The position numbers and the translations under genes are program-made. A stretch of 62,453 nucleotides of DNA from Bacilli bacterium. GTDB taxonomy: Bacteria > Bacillota_I > Bacilli_A > RF39 > UBA660. The notes under the pieces are model-generated. The model did not search any database. It saw nothing but the letters and a program-made list of their open reading frames with translations, and was not told where the DNA came from. How positions within the stretch are numbered: position 1 is the first letter of the stretch; every line of letters starts with the position of its first letter. The stretch is from assembly GCA_017418945.1 (NCBI GenBank), contig JAFOMI010000005.1, positions 1 through 62,453 on the forward strand, in the 5' to 3' direction. Below are positions 9,456-19,816 of the stretch, one piece after another.

Positions 9456-9887
9456 CTATTCTTCTATATCTTCTTCGTCTACTATAGTTAAATCTTTCAT
9501 ATCTTCTTCATCATCTTTGCTGTCATCTACTGATTCATCTGAATAATCATCTTCAATATCTTCTGAATCTTCATTCATTTCATCTTCATCTTCTTCACTA
9601 ATATCATCTTCATCACCATTATCTATTACAACTTTAACAACATGATTTTCTTTTAAATCCCAATAACTAGAATCTATAAATATAAATCTTCCATCTGTTG
9701 TTAATGCAGTAAAGAAATCAGCTATTTTTGAAGCAAATTCTTCATCACTTAATCCAAGTAAATTGCATACTTCTTTAAATAATTGTGGTGTATTATATTG
9801 TTTTTTATCTTCACTAATTAATTCAAATGCTATATCTGTATAGCTCATTAATTCTAATTCTTCAATACTCATCTTTCTTATACTCAT
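9456..9887 (-). CDS. rpoE: RNA polymerase delta subunit
   Basis: Has an N-terminal HARE-HTH-like domain (SYTDIAFELI...GRFIFIDSSYWDLK) followed by a long Asp/Glu-rich tail. Confidence 0.85.
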   Translation of the reverse strand: MSIRKMSIEELELMSYTDIAFELISEDKKQYNTPQLFKEVCNLLGLSDEEFASKIADFFTALTTDGRFIFIDSSYWDLKENHVVKVVIDNGDEDDISEEDEDEMNEDSEDIEDDYSDESVDDSKDDEEDMKDLTIVDEEDIEE

Positions 9888-9902
9888 ATTATATTCCTCC
9901 GC

Positions 9903-11594
9903 TTACATTTTTTCAGGTATTTCTATACCTAATAAATTACATCCTACTTTTAATACATTCATAACTATAGAGATTAAATAAACTCTTGAATTTCTTTCGT
10001 CTATATCATCACTTAAAATCTTAAATGTATTATAGTATTCACTATAAGTTTGTGCTAATTTAATTAAATATCTAGATAAGATATATGGTTCATTTTTATC
10101 TATAACTTCTTTTAATACATTATTAAAATTATATATTTGTTTAACTAAGTCATAAGATAAATCATCATGTAATTTATCATATTTAACATCATTAATCAAT
10201 ACTTCAGTATTAAGTTTACGTAAAATACTCTTTATTCTAACACACATATATTGAATATATGGACATGTTTCTCCTTGAAATTCAAGCATTTCATCTATAT
10301 CAAATACTTCATCTTTAATTCTTGAATTATATAAATCTCCAAATATGATTGCTCCAATACCAACTTTCTTAGCAACTTCATCAATATCTTCTAAATCAGG
10401 ATTTTTTTCTAGTATCTTATCTTTTGCTTTAGAAACTGCATCTTTAATAATATCTTCTAGTTTAATAAAGTTACCTTTTCTAGTAGACATCTTACCTTCT
10501 TTTAATCTATACATACCATAAGATACATGAACTAATCCATTAACATATTTAGGATCTAAATCAAGATATTTTGCTACTGCAAATACTTGTTTAAAATGAA
10601 GTTCTTGTTCATAACCTGTTACATATATTGATTTATCATAATCATATGTTTTTGCTCTATACATAATTGCCGCTAAATCACGAGTTGCATATATACTTGA
10701 TCCATCACTTTTTTCTATAATACAAGGTGTATTAATTCCATCTTCTTCAAGATTAACTATTTTAGCACCTTGACTTATTTCTAATTTATTATTCTTTTCT
10801 AGTATTTTAATAATATTTTCTTTTGCATCTACGTATGAAGCTTCACCTTTAATACTATCAAATTCAATACCAAGTTTTTTATATGTTTCATAGAATTCAT
10901 CTAAACTTAATTCTCTAAACTTTTTCCATAAAGATATACAGTAAGGATCTCCTTCTTCTAAAAGTTTAAAGTTATTTCTACATCTTTCTAATACTTCAGG
11001 ATTCTCACATTCTTGGTTTATTCTAACGTATATTTCAACTAATTTATCTATAGGATCAGTAGATAAATCATATTCATTACCCCATAATTTGTATCCCTCA
11101 ATTAATTTACCAAATTGAGTTCCATAGTCTCCTAAATGATTTATACCAACAGTATTATATCCTAAATATTTATATATATTATATAATGCATGTCCTATCA
11201 AAGTTGTTCTCATATGACCTATATGGAATGGCTTTGCAATATTAGGAGATGAATATTCAACACATACAGTTTTACCGTTTGATTCTTCTTTACCAAAATG
11301 ATCTTTAGTATTTTCATATTCTTCAAATACTAATTTAGTTAAATATTCTTTATTAATATAAAAATTTAAATAACCATTAACACTTTCTATTTTTTCTACT
11401 ATTGGAGAATTAATTGAATCTTTTAATTCATCCGCAATTACCATTGGTGCTTTATGTAATTCTTTTGCAAGTATAAAACATGGAAAAGTATAGTCACCTT
11501 TTTCTTTCTCTTTAATTTCCTTAATTAAATCATATGTCTTAATGTTTACTTTTTCGTCTAATAAATTAGATAACTCTTTTTTTAAATCAACCAT
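9903..11594 (-). CDS. argS: Arginine--tRNA ligase
   Basis: 563 aa with class I HIGH (PFHIGHMR) and KMSK-like (KMSTRKG) motifs. Confidence 0.95.
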   Translation of the reverse strand: MVDLKKELSNLLDEKVNIKTYDLIKEIKEKEKGDYTFPCFILAKELHKAPMVIADELKDSINSPIVEKIESVNGYLNFYINKEYLTKLVFEEYENTKDHFGKEESNGKTVCVEYSSPNIAKPFHIGHMRTTLIGHALYNIYKYLGYNTVGINHLGDYGTQFGKLIEGYKLWGNEYDLSTDPIDKLVEIYVRINQECENPEVLERCRNNFKLLEEGDPYCISLWKKFRELSLDEFYETYKKLGIEFDSIKGEASYVDAKENIIKILEKNNKLEISQGAKIVNLEEDGINTPCIIEKSDGSSIYATRDLAAIMYRAKTYDYDKSIYVTGYEQELHFKQVFAVAKYLDLDPKYVNGLVHVSYGMYRLKEGKMSTRKGNFIKLEDIIKDAVSKAKDKILEKNPDLEDIDEVAKKVGIGAIIFGDLYNSRIKDEVFDIDEMLEFQGETCPYIQYMCVRIKSILRKLNTEVLINDVKYDKLHDDLSYDLVKQIYNFNNVLKEVIDKNEPYILSRYLIKLAQTYSEYYNTFKILSDDIDERNSRVYLISIVMNVLKVGCNLLGIEIPEKM

Positions 11595-11598
11595 ATAA

Positions 11599-11976
11599 TT
11601 ACTCCTTTACTTTCATATTTAAAACAAAACTACCAATATCTTCTCCTTGTAATTTTAAATTATAATTAATAGTAATTTCATTTTCAAACACATTATATTT
11701 TGTTGTTTCAATAACCGCGTCCATATAAAAATTTAATTCTTTAATATAATATGTACCTTCCATTTTTTTAGTGTCATCAAATATAAAATCAATAATTGAT
11801 TCATCATTTTCTTTATGTAATCTTATATTATTTCCTATTTCGATTTCATATAAATCTTTCTCTATTTTAAAAATATATTTATTATTTTTAAACTTACAAT
11901 CAATATTATTATAATGAAATTCCTCTTCATTATTCTTAATATATAAATCCATAGATAAATATTTGATATAAAACAC
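11599..11976 (-). CDS. DUF1934 (YwiB-like) beta-barrel protein
   Basis: Small protein directly upstream of argS, as ywiB is in Bacillus. The start is uncertain because the track GTG lies within the SD-like AAGGTG, and the next ATG is at 11952. Confidence 0.5.
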   Translation of the reverse strand: MFYIKYLSMDLYIKNNEEEFHYNNIDCKFKNNKYIFKIEKDLYEIEIGNNIRLHKENDESIIDFIFDDTKKMEGTYYIKELNFYMDAVIETTKYNVFENEITINYNLKLQGEDIGSFVLNMKVKE

Positions 11977-12074
11977 CTTCTTTTTGTCAAAAGAATTATA
12001 TCATATACTTTATAAAAATGCACTTATATTTTATTCTTTTTTTTACATAATATAAATAGATTAATGGTGATTAT

Positions 12075-13997
12075 ATGAAAAACAGAAGATTATTATTAAA
12101 AATATTTATTATTTTAATTGCTTTTATATGTCTATTTTTTTCAATTATGTATATGTATGTTAAATTATCTCCTAAACTAGATTTAAAGAAAACAAATAAC
12201 ATAATTATATATGATAAAAATAATAAAGAATTCTTTAGGGGAAATGGATCAAAAGAATGGATAGATTTAAAAGACATAGATAAAGACTTAATAAATGCGA
12301 CAATATCTACTGAAGATAAAAGATTTTATAAACATAATGGTTTTGATTATATTAGAATAATAAAATCATTCTTTATAAATTTAAAATCCGGCTCTATTGA
12401 AGAAGGTGCTTCAACAATAACACAGCAATATGCTAGAAACTTATATCTAACATTTGATAGAACTTATAAAAGAAAAATTAAAGAAGCATATTTAGCTTTT
12501 AAAATGGAAATTAATTATTCAAAAGATGAAATACTAGAAGGTTATTTAAATACAATTAATTATGGTAATGGAGTATTTGGAATAGAAAATGCTTCTCATT
12601 ATTATTTTAATAAAAGTGCAAAAAATTTATCTTTGGCAGAAGCTTCTATGCTTGCGGGTATTCCAAAATATCCACAGGAATATTCACCTATAAATAATAT
12701 TAAAAGTGCTAAAAAAAGACAAAAACAAATTTTATATAATTTATATAAAAATAAAATAATTACTAAAAAAGAAATGAATGATGCATATAAAGAAAACTTA
12801 ACTTATTATGGGAAAAAAGAAACTTTAAACTTAACAACGTTAATGTATTATAAAGATGCAGTTATGAATGAATTAAATGAATTAAAAATTATTCCAAATG
12901 ATTATTTAAATAATAATAGTATAAAGATATATACTAATCTAGATTTAGAAGCTCAGCAAGAATTAGAAAATGCAATTAATAATAATATAAATGAAGATAG
13001 TGAATTACAAGTTGCAAGTTCATTAATAGATAATAAAACTGGAAAAATAATTGCTTTAGTTGGTGGAAAAGATTATGAAAAAAGTCAGTTTAATAGAGCT
13101 ATATCATCTAAAAGGCAAATAGGATCTACTATTAAACCATTTTTATATTACACTGCACTAGAAAATGGTTTTACACCATCATCTTCATTCTTATCAACAG
13201 ATACTTCATTTAATCTTCAAAATGAAGTTTATAAACCAAGTAACTATGGAGATATATATCCAAATAAAAAAATACCTATGATAATAGCACTTGCATATTC
13301 AGATAACATTTATGCATTAAAAACAAATCTCTTTTTAGGAGATAATGCTCTTGTTAATACTTTAAATAAAGTTGGAATTAAAAATGTTAATAATAATGTA
13401 TCACTACCTCTTGGGACTAATGAAATGAATATCATAGATTTAACAAATGGATATTCAACATTAGCAAGTGAAGGAAACTATAAAAATACATATTTAATAA
13501 GAGCAGTTAAAAATAACAAGAATCACTTATTATATGAACATAGAATTAATAAAAAGAAAGTATTAGATAATAATTTTACATTTATTCTAAGTGAATTATT
13601 AAATAATTGCTACGATAATAATCTTGTAGATTATAGTGAACCTACTTGTCTAACAATTAGACCTAAACTAACAAAAAAATACGCAATAAAAACAGGAAGT
13701 ACTAATACAGACTCTTTAATAGTAGGTTATAATAAAGATTATACTTTAGGAACTTGGGTTGGATATGATAATAATATTAATCTAAAAAAAGAAGATACTA
13801 AAGTAGCTAGAAATATATGGGCAGATACAATAGAAAATTATTTAAGAGATAAAGAAGATAAATGGTTTGATAAACCTAAAGATGTTAATGCAGTTTTAGT
13901 AAATCCATTAAATGGATATCTTGCAACTAACAATTCAAAAAGAAAAAAATTTATTTATTATTTAAAAGGTACAGAACCTAAAACTATAGACAAATAA
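12075..13997 (+). CDS. Class A penicillin-binding protein (glycosyltransferase + transpeptidase)
   Basis: Has an N-terminal TM helix, GT51 motifs (EDKRFYKHNGFD, GASTITQQ), and transpeptidase SxxK (STIKP), SxN (SDN) and KTG (KTGST) motifs. It is the only plus-strand gene in the left replichore of this window. Confidence 0.9.
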   Translation: MKNRRLLLKIFIILIAFICLFFSIMYMYVKLSPKLDLKKTNNIIIYDKNNKEFFRGNGSKEWIDLKDIDKDLINATISTEDKRFYKHNGFDYIRIIKSFFINLKSGSIEEGASTITQQYARNLYLTFDRTYKRKIKEAYLAFKMEINYSKDEILEGYLNTINYGNGVFGIENASHYYFNKSAKNLSLAEASMLAGIPKYPQEYSPINNIKSAKKRQKQILYNLYKNKIITKKEMNDAYKENLTYYGKKETLNLTTLMYYKDAVMNELNELKIIPNDYLNNNSIKIYTNLDLEAQQELENAINNNINEDSELQVASSLIDNKTGKIIALVGGKDYEKSQFNRAISSKRQIGSTIKPFLYYTALENGFTPSSSFLSTDTSFNLQNEVYKPSNYGDIYPNKKIPMIIALAYSDNIYALKTNLFLGDNALVNTLNKVGIKNVNNNVSLPLGTNEMNIIDLTNGYSTLASEGNYKNTYLIRAVKNNKNHLLYEHRINKKKVLDNNFTFILSELLNNCYDNNLVDYSEPTCLTIRPKLTKKYAIKTGSTNTDSLIVGYNKDYTLGTWVGYDNNINLKKEDTKVARNIWADTIENYLRDKEDKWFDKPKDVNAVLVNPLNGYLATNNSKRKKFIYYLKGTEPKTIDK

Positions 13998-14020
13998 AAA
14001 AATATCTCTAAAGATATTTT

Positions 14021-14965
14021 TTATTTTTCTATTTTTATTATAAATTCATATAACTTATCAAATTCATAACTATCATAAGTAGATACAAATCCTTCTTCTT
14101 TTAAAGAATTAATAAATTCTTTTACTTTTTCTTGCAATATATCTCTTTTTGATTCATCATTTTCTTCAATCATAATAGGTTCATCATTAATAGTTTCTAT
14201 TTCTCTTTCTTCATTTATATTTCTTAATGATTCCATAGGTACATTATTTATTACTTTTTCTTTAGGCTTATCAAAGAAAGAATCAAAATTTAATGAAGGT
14301 TCTGTTTTAATTTCTGTTTTGATTTCTGTTATATTTGAAACAGGTATATATTCTTCATTATTAATATAACTATTTATTAAATTTTCTGTTTCTCTAACAT
14401 TTAATCTTTCATTCATTATTCTATTTAAAATTTCTACTTGTTCATCTTCATTTTCTATTTTAAGTAAACTTCTAGCATGTCTTTCACTAATCTTATTATT
14501 TAATAATGCATCTTGAACATCATTTGATAAATTTAATAATCTTAATTTATTAGAAATTGAACCTTGAGTTTTACCCATTCTTGATGCTAATTCATCTTGT
14601 GTTAAATATCCTCTATCTAATAATTTTTTATATGACTTTGCTTCTTCAATTGGAGATAAATTTTTTCTTTGAATATTTTCTACAATTGCTACTTCAGCAG
14701 ATTCATTATCATTTAAATCAATAATTATTGCAGGCACTTTAGTTAAACCAGCAATATAAGAAGCTTTATATCTTCTTTCACCTGCAATTATTTCATATTT
14801 AGTTCCGACTTTTCTTAAAACTAAGGGTTGAATAATTCCATGTTGTCTTATTGATTTTGCAAGTTCATTTAATGCATCTTCATCAAAAGATAATCTTGGT
14901 TGAAAACGGTTTGGAATAATATCATCTAACGATACTTCAATTATTTCCTTTTCCATATTATTCAT
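14021..14965 (-). CDS. noc: ParB/Noc-family CTP-dependent DNA-binding protein, Noc-like
   Basis: Has the IPNRFQPR box, a GERR arginine patch, and an HTH (TQDELASRMGKTQGSISNKLRLLNL...KISERHARSL). By eye the HTH resembles B. subtilis Noc (GKGQSTIANKLRLLKL...KITERHARAL) more than Spo0J. The C-terminus (EFDKLYEFIIKIEK) is also Noc-like. It lies directly downstream of rsmG. Confidence 0.8.
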   Translation of the reverse strand: MNNMEKEIIEVSLDDIIPNRFQPRLSFDEDALNELAKSIRQHGIIQPLVLRKVGTKYEIIAGERRYKASYIAGLTKVPAIIIDLNDNESAEVAIVENIQRKNLSPIEEAKSYKKLLDRGYLTQDELASRMGKTQGSISNKLRLLNLSNDVQDALLNNKISERHARSLLKIENEDEQVEILNRIMNERLNVRETENLINSYINNEEYIPVSNITEIKTEIKTEPSLNFDSFFDKPKEKVINNVPMESLRNINEEREIETINDEPIMIEENDESKRDILQEKVKEFINSLKEEGFVSTYDSYEFDKLYEFIIKIEK

Positions 14966-15028
14966 AATAATCCCTCACTTTTTATTCTATTCTTATATAT
15001 TTATAATAATATAATAAAAATCCATTTT

Positions 15029-15733
15029 TTACAATGGATTTTTTTTAATTTCACTAAATTTTCTAGGATATCTTTTTTTATTATTCCCTACTTTTTTTAT
15101 AACAGGTAAATTTCTAATACTACCTTCAATTGGTAAATTAAAAGTAATTAATTTTTCAAGAGTTGAATTCATAGTTTCTATTGTACTTTCAGCTTCTTTT
15201 AATTCTTCATCTAAAGTTGCTTTTAAAGGAATAAAATATCCATTTACTTTAACTAGTGGCATACATATTTCTACTAATATATTTAATCTTGCAAAAGCTC
15301 TACTAGTTACAATATCATATTTTTCTATATTATTTCTTGCAAATACTTCTGCTCTTTCATTACAAATAAATATATTATCTAATCCTAATTCTTTTTTTAC
15401 TAAGAATAGAAAATCTACTCTTTTTCTTAGTTTTTCAACAAGAGTTACTTTTAATTTTGGAAAACATATTGCTAGAACTATTCCAGGAAAACCTGCACCT
15501 GTTCCTACATCACATAAACTAACTTCTTTTTTTAAATTATATGCTTTTATTAAAGTTAAACTATCATAAAAATGTTTTAAATATACTTCTTCTTTTTCAA
15601 CAATTCTTGTTAGATTAACATTTTCATTATAACTAACTAATAATTCATATAAACTTTCTAATTTTTTCATTTGATCTTTAGTTAAAGTTATATCTAATTT
15701 TTTTACTTCTTCATTAAAACTATTTATATTCAT
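15029..15733 (-). CDS. rsmG: 16S rRNA (guanine527-N7)-methyltransferase
   Basis: GidB family with [10 protein letters not shown], and it overlaps the end of mnmG. Confidence 0.92.
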   Translation of the reverse strand: MNINSFNEEVKKLDITLTKDQMKKLESLYELLVSYNENVNLTRIVEKEEVYLKHFYDSLTLIKAYNLKKEVSLCDVGTGAGFPGIVLAICFPKLKVTLVEKLRKRVDFLFLVKKELGLDNIFICNERAEVFARNNIEKYDIVTSRAFARLNILVEICMPLVKVNGYFIPLKATLDEELKEAESTIETMNSTLEKLITFNLPIEGSIRNLPVIKKVGNNKKRYPRKFSEIKKNPL

Positions 15734-17540
15734 TAAAATACCTCTTCATATATACAGAAAGAATTGCTATATCACTTGGATTAACTCCACTAATTCTACT
15801 TGCTTGAGAAAATGACATTGGTCTTACTTCTTTTAGTTTAACTCTTGCTTCACTTGCTAAATTTGGAACTTTATCATAATCAATATCCACAGGAATTTTT
15901 TTGTTTTCTAATTTTCTCATTTTCTCTGCTTCTTTTCTAGCCTTTTTGATATATCCTTCATATTTAATTTGTATCTCTGCTTGTTCTAATTCTAATTCAT
16001 CATATTCTTTACTAAATTTATCTTTTATATCAAATATTGAATTTTCAGTTCTTTTTACAAAATCAATTCCAGACATACTTTTTTCAGACTTAATTTTAAT
16101 ATTATTTAATTCTTCTATTATTAAATCAATATTTTCTTCCTTATTTATTAGTCTATCATATTGTTCTTTATTGATTAATCCAACTCTATAACCATGTTTT
16201 CTAAGTCTTAAATCAGCATTATCACTTCTTAGTAATAATCTATATTCCGCTCTTGATGTTAATAAACGATAAGGATCTCTAACACCTTTTGTTACTAAAT
16301 CATCTATTAGTACACCAATATATGCTTCATCTCTTTTTAATATAAGAGGTTCTTCATTTTTCATTTTTAAACCTGCATTTATACCAGCCATTAATCCTTG
16401 ACAAGCCGCTTCCTCATAACCACTAGTACCGTTTATTTGACCAGCTGTATATAAATTTTCAACTATTTTAGTTTCAAGTGTTGGATATAAATCTCTTGAA
16501 TCAATTGCATCATATTCAATTGCATATGCATATCTTAATATTTTAGCATTTTCAAGTCCTGGTAAACTATGTACCATTTCTTCTTGAACATCATGTGGCA
16601 TACTTGTTGAAAAACCTTGAATATATATATCATCGAAATATCTACTTTCTGGTTCTAAGAATAATTGATGTCTTTCTTTATCCGCAAATCTAACAATCTT
16701 ATCTTCAATTGAAGGACAATATCTAGGACCAGTTCCAAGTTTTTCTTTTATTCCACCATACATACTAGATTTAGTTAAATTATCCCTAATTATTTTATGA
16801 GTTAATGGTGTTGTATAAGTTAAATAACAAGGCTCTTGTTCTTCTACTTTATAATATGGTTTATCATCAAAACTAAAGGTATATAACTTATCATCACCTG
16901 GTTCCATTTTTGTTTTAGAAAAATCAATAGTATCTCTTTGAACTCTTGGCGGTGTTCCTGTTTTTAATCTTAATATTTTAAATCCTAATCTCTCTAGATT
17001 TTCAGATAAATATAATGAAGGTCTTGTATTTGTTGGACCAGATCTTGTTCTAGTATCACCTACTAATATATCTGCTTTCATATAAGTCCCTGTTGTTAAA
17101 ATAACAGATTTTGCACTTATTTCTTCTCCACCAGATAGCTTAACTCCATGAATTACATTATCAACTACTATTAAGTCTTCAACCATATCTTCAAGTAATG
17201 TTACATTTTTATTTTCTTTTAATAATCTTTGCATTTCCTTTGGATATGTTACTTTATCACCTTGTGCTCTTAAAGATCTAACTGCAGGACCTTTTGAAAA
17301 ATTAAGCATTTTCATTTGTAATAATGTTCTATCTGCAACTTTACCCATCATTCCGCCTAAAGCATCTATTTCTCTAACTACTATTCCTTTTGCAGACCCT
17401 CCAATATGAGGATTACATGGCATCATTGCTATATGATCAATAGATCCTGATACTAGTAATGTTTTAAATCCCATATTAGCTAATGCAAGTGTAGCTTCAC
17501 AACCAGCATGTCCTCCACCAACAACAATTGCATCATACAT
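15720..17540 (-). CDS. mnmG: tRNA uridine 5-carboxymethylaminomethyl modification enzyme MnmG (GidA)
   Basis: Has an FAD-binding N-terminus ([15 protein letters not shown]) and full-length GidA similarity. The start is the ATG at 17540 after AAGGAAGTGA. Confidence 0.97.
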   Translation of the reverse strand: MYDAIVVGGGHAGCEATLALANMGFKTLLVSGSIDHIAMMPCNPHIGGSAKGIVVREIDALGGMMGKVADRTLLQMKMLNFSKGPAVRSLRAQGDKVTYPKEMQRLLKENKNVTLLEDMVEDLIVVDNVIHGVKLSGGEEISAKSVILTTGTYMKADILVGDTRTRSGPTNTRPSLYLSENLERLGFKILRLKTGTPPRVQRDTIDFSKTKMEPGDDKLYTFSFDDKPYYKVEEQEPCYLTYTTPLTHKIIRDNLTKSSMYGGIKEKLGTGPRYCPSIEDKIVRFADKERHQLFLEPESRYFDDIYIQGFSTSMPHDVQEEMVHSLPGLENAKILRYAYAIEYDAIDSRDLYPTLETKIVENLYTAGQINGTSGYEEAACQGLMAGINAGLKMKNEEPLILKRDEAYIGVLIDDLVTKGVRDPYRLLTSRAEYRLLLRSDNADLRLRKHGYRVGLINKEQYDRLINKEENIDLIIEELNNIKIKSEKSMSGIDFVKRTENSIFDIKDKFSKEYDELELEQAEIQIKYEGYIKKARKEAEKMRKLENKKIPVDIDYDKVPNLASEARVKLKEVRPMSFSQASRISGVNPSDIAILSVYMKRYFNEYK

Positions 17541-17611
17541 AAATATCACTTCCTTTTTATATAAAAGTTTTAAGCAAATGTATTATACTATATTTATAAT
17601 AACTTATCAAA

Positions 17612-17634
17612 TAAAAAAACTACATTTGTAGTTC
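17612..17634 (-). terminator. Intrinsic terminator after the sigma-factor gene
   Basis: The minus-strand RNA reads AACTACA-AA-TGTAGTT followed by T7. Confidence 0.55.
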
Positions 17635-17641
17635 ATTTACT

Positions 17642-18814
17642 TTAATTTAAAAAATCTTTTAAATTTTTAACTTCTTTTTTTCTATATAGCAAATATAATG
17701 CTTTTTCTTCATTTTGTCTAATTCTTTCTCTTGAAATATTGTAATCATTAGATATTTCTTCTAATGTCATTGGTCTATTTCCATCTAAACCAAACCTTTT
17801 TATAATAACATCTTTAAGTCTTTTGTTTCTACTATTAGTACGTAGATTGCTTGTATTTGTATCAAAAGTTTCATTTAGTATTTTCATTAATTTACTTCTT
17901 AATTCACTTTTTTCAACATTATCTATTGCTTTTTCATAATTAGTGTCTGGAATAAAATTTAATAATTCATCTGATTTATCATCATCTGCTTTTAATTGTT
18001 TATTTAAACTATTATAAGAATAATTGTATTTTAAAGCATTTATAACATCAAGTTCTTCTAATTCAGTTATTTTAATTAAATCTTCTACACTAGGACTCTT
18101 ACCATTATTATTTTTTAAATACATAGATGTTGCTATTCTAATCTTATTTATTTTTACATTTAAATTTGCTGGTATTCTAATGATTTCATTTGTATTATAT
18201 ATTGCTTTTCTAATTGTACATTTTATCCACCAAGTTGCATAAGTAGATAGCTTTAAATTTTTATCTAATTCAAATCTATCTAACGCCTCTATTAAACCAA
18301 TTGTACCTTCTTGAATTAAATCTTTATAATCAATACCTCTACCTACAAAATTCTTAGCAATTGAAGCTACTAATCGTAAATTAGATTCAATTAATATTTC
18401 TCTGGCTTGCATATCCCCATTCTTATATTTTTCAAGTAATTCTCTCTCTTTTTCAGGACTTAAAATAGGAATTCTTGAAATATCTTTTATATAAGAAGTA
18501 GATGTAGTATCCTCTATTTCAACATTTAAATCTATTTGTTCATCCATGTCTTCAATTGAATAATCTTTATAAATAATATAATTTTTAATAAAAACTTTTA
18601 TAGTATGATTTGTTAAACCATTATAAAATTTTTCAAACTTTTCTTTATTTATAAAACTATCTATAACATAATCATTTATTAATTCTTCTAATAAGTCATT
18701 TAATCTTGATTTTCTTTCTAATATTTCTAATATTTCATCATCAGATATATTAGGATTTATATTTTCTTTTTTAAAAATAGTTTCTAATGTTTTAAATACA
18801 TCTTCTTTTTTCAA
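17642..18814 (-). CDS. Divergent RpoD-like (group 1/2-type) sigma-70 factor
   Basis: 390 aa. Has region 1.2/2 (YIKDISRIPILSPEKERELL, NLRLVASIAKNF, DLIQEGTIGLIEALDRFE, STYATWWIKCTIRKAI), region 3 (IRIPANLNVKINKI) and region 4.2 (TLEEISNDYNISRERIRQNEEKAL). It ends with NLKDFLN, as RpoD does. Confidence 0.85.
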   Translation of the reverse strand: MKKEDVFKTLETIFKKENINPNISDDEILEILERKSRLNDLLEELINDYVIDSFINKEKFEKFYNGLTNHTIKVFIKNYIIYKDYSIEDMDEQIDLNVEIEDTTSTSYIKDISRIPILSPEKERELLEKYKNGDMQAREILIESNLRLVASIAKNFVGRGIDYKDLIQEGTIGLIEALDRFELDKNLKLSTYATWWIKCTIRKAIYNTNEIIRIPANLNVKINKIRIATSMYLKNNNGKSPSVEDLIKITELEELDVINALKYNYSYNSLNKQLKADDDKSDELLNFIPDTNYEKAIDNVEKSELRSKLMKILNETFDTNTSNLRTNSRNKRLKDVIIKRFGLDGNRPMTLEEISNDYNISRERIRQNEEKALYLLYRKKEVKNLKDFLN

Positions 18815-18887
18815 TTAAAGCACCTCTCTTTTTCGTAAATTATATTATATATATTTATAAAAAAAAGTCAAAAGAAAAACAAAATAT

Positions 18888-19811
18888 TTAAATAATATAT
18901 TTTGCTTCTTTATTATTATAAATAATATCATATAAATTGTTAATTAAAGTACAATTTAATTTATATTTATCAATTATTACCTTAACACTAGATAATGTAT
19001 TTAAACCTTCTATAGTATCTTTTATTTCTTTGTGAACATGATCTAAATCATAACCTTGCCCAATTAAAATACCCGCTCTTTTATTTCTACTCTTTTCACT
19101 AATTGATGTTAGATATAAATCACCAATACCCGCTAATCCATAAAAAGTACTTTCTTTTGCACCAAGTTTTAATCCTATTTCTTTTATTTCTCTTATTCCT
19201 TCAGTAAAAACATATGAATCTACATTAATTCCATAATTTAGTCCTTTAACTATTCCACTTATTAATGCTATAACATTTTTAAGAGCTGAACAAACTTGTA
19301 AACCTATAATATCATCATTATATGTTATTTTTAAATTATCATTCTCTAAATATTTTATTAATTCTTTATTACCTGATAACTCAACAAATGTTTTATTATC
19401 TGTACCTAATTCAGACGCAAATGATGGACCCATAATAATATTTGTTTCTTTTCCTAATTCCTCTTTTATAACATCTGATAATAATTTTTCATTCTCTAAT
19501 CCTTTTGACGCTAATAGTATTTCTTGATTATTAATATATTTTTTTATATCTTTACAAGTACTTCTAACAAAATTAGATGGCACTACTATTACAACTATTT
19601 CACTATCTTTTAATGCCTCTTCATAATCTAGATAACACTTTGTATTATTATTTAATTTAATACTAGGTATTTGCATGCATTCATGATTTATATTAATTGA
19701 ATCTCTCTCTTCTTTTGTAAAAGACCATATTTTAACATTATTATTTTTTTCAAATGAATGAGCTAATGCACACCCAAAACTACCACTACCAATTATTGTA
19801 ATATTTTTCAT
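18888..19811 (-). CDS. gpsA: NAD(P)H-dependent glycerol-3-phosphate dehydrogenase
   Basis: Has a Rossmann N-terminus (ITIIGSGSFGCALA) and GpsA-like motifs (GLKNVIALISGI, AGIGDLYLT). The start is the ATG at 19811, just after the mnmE stop. Confidence 0.88.
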   Translation of the reverse strand: MKNITIIGSGSFGCALAHSFEKNNNVKIWSFTKEERDSININHECMQIPSIKLNNNTKCYLDYEEALKDSEIVVIVVPSNFVRSTCKDIKKYINNQEILLASKGLENEKLLSDVIKEELGKETNIIMGPSFASELGTDNKTFVELSGNKELIKYLENDNLKITYNDDIIGLQVCSALKNVIALISGIVKGLNYGINVDSYVFTEGIREIKEIGLKLGAKESTFYGLAGIGDLYLTSISEKSRNKRAGILIGQGYDLDHVHKEIKDTIEGLNTLSSVKVIIDKYKLNCTLINNLYDIIYNNKEAKYII

Positions 19812-19816
19812 AATTC

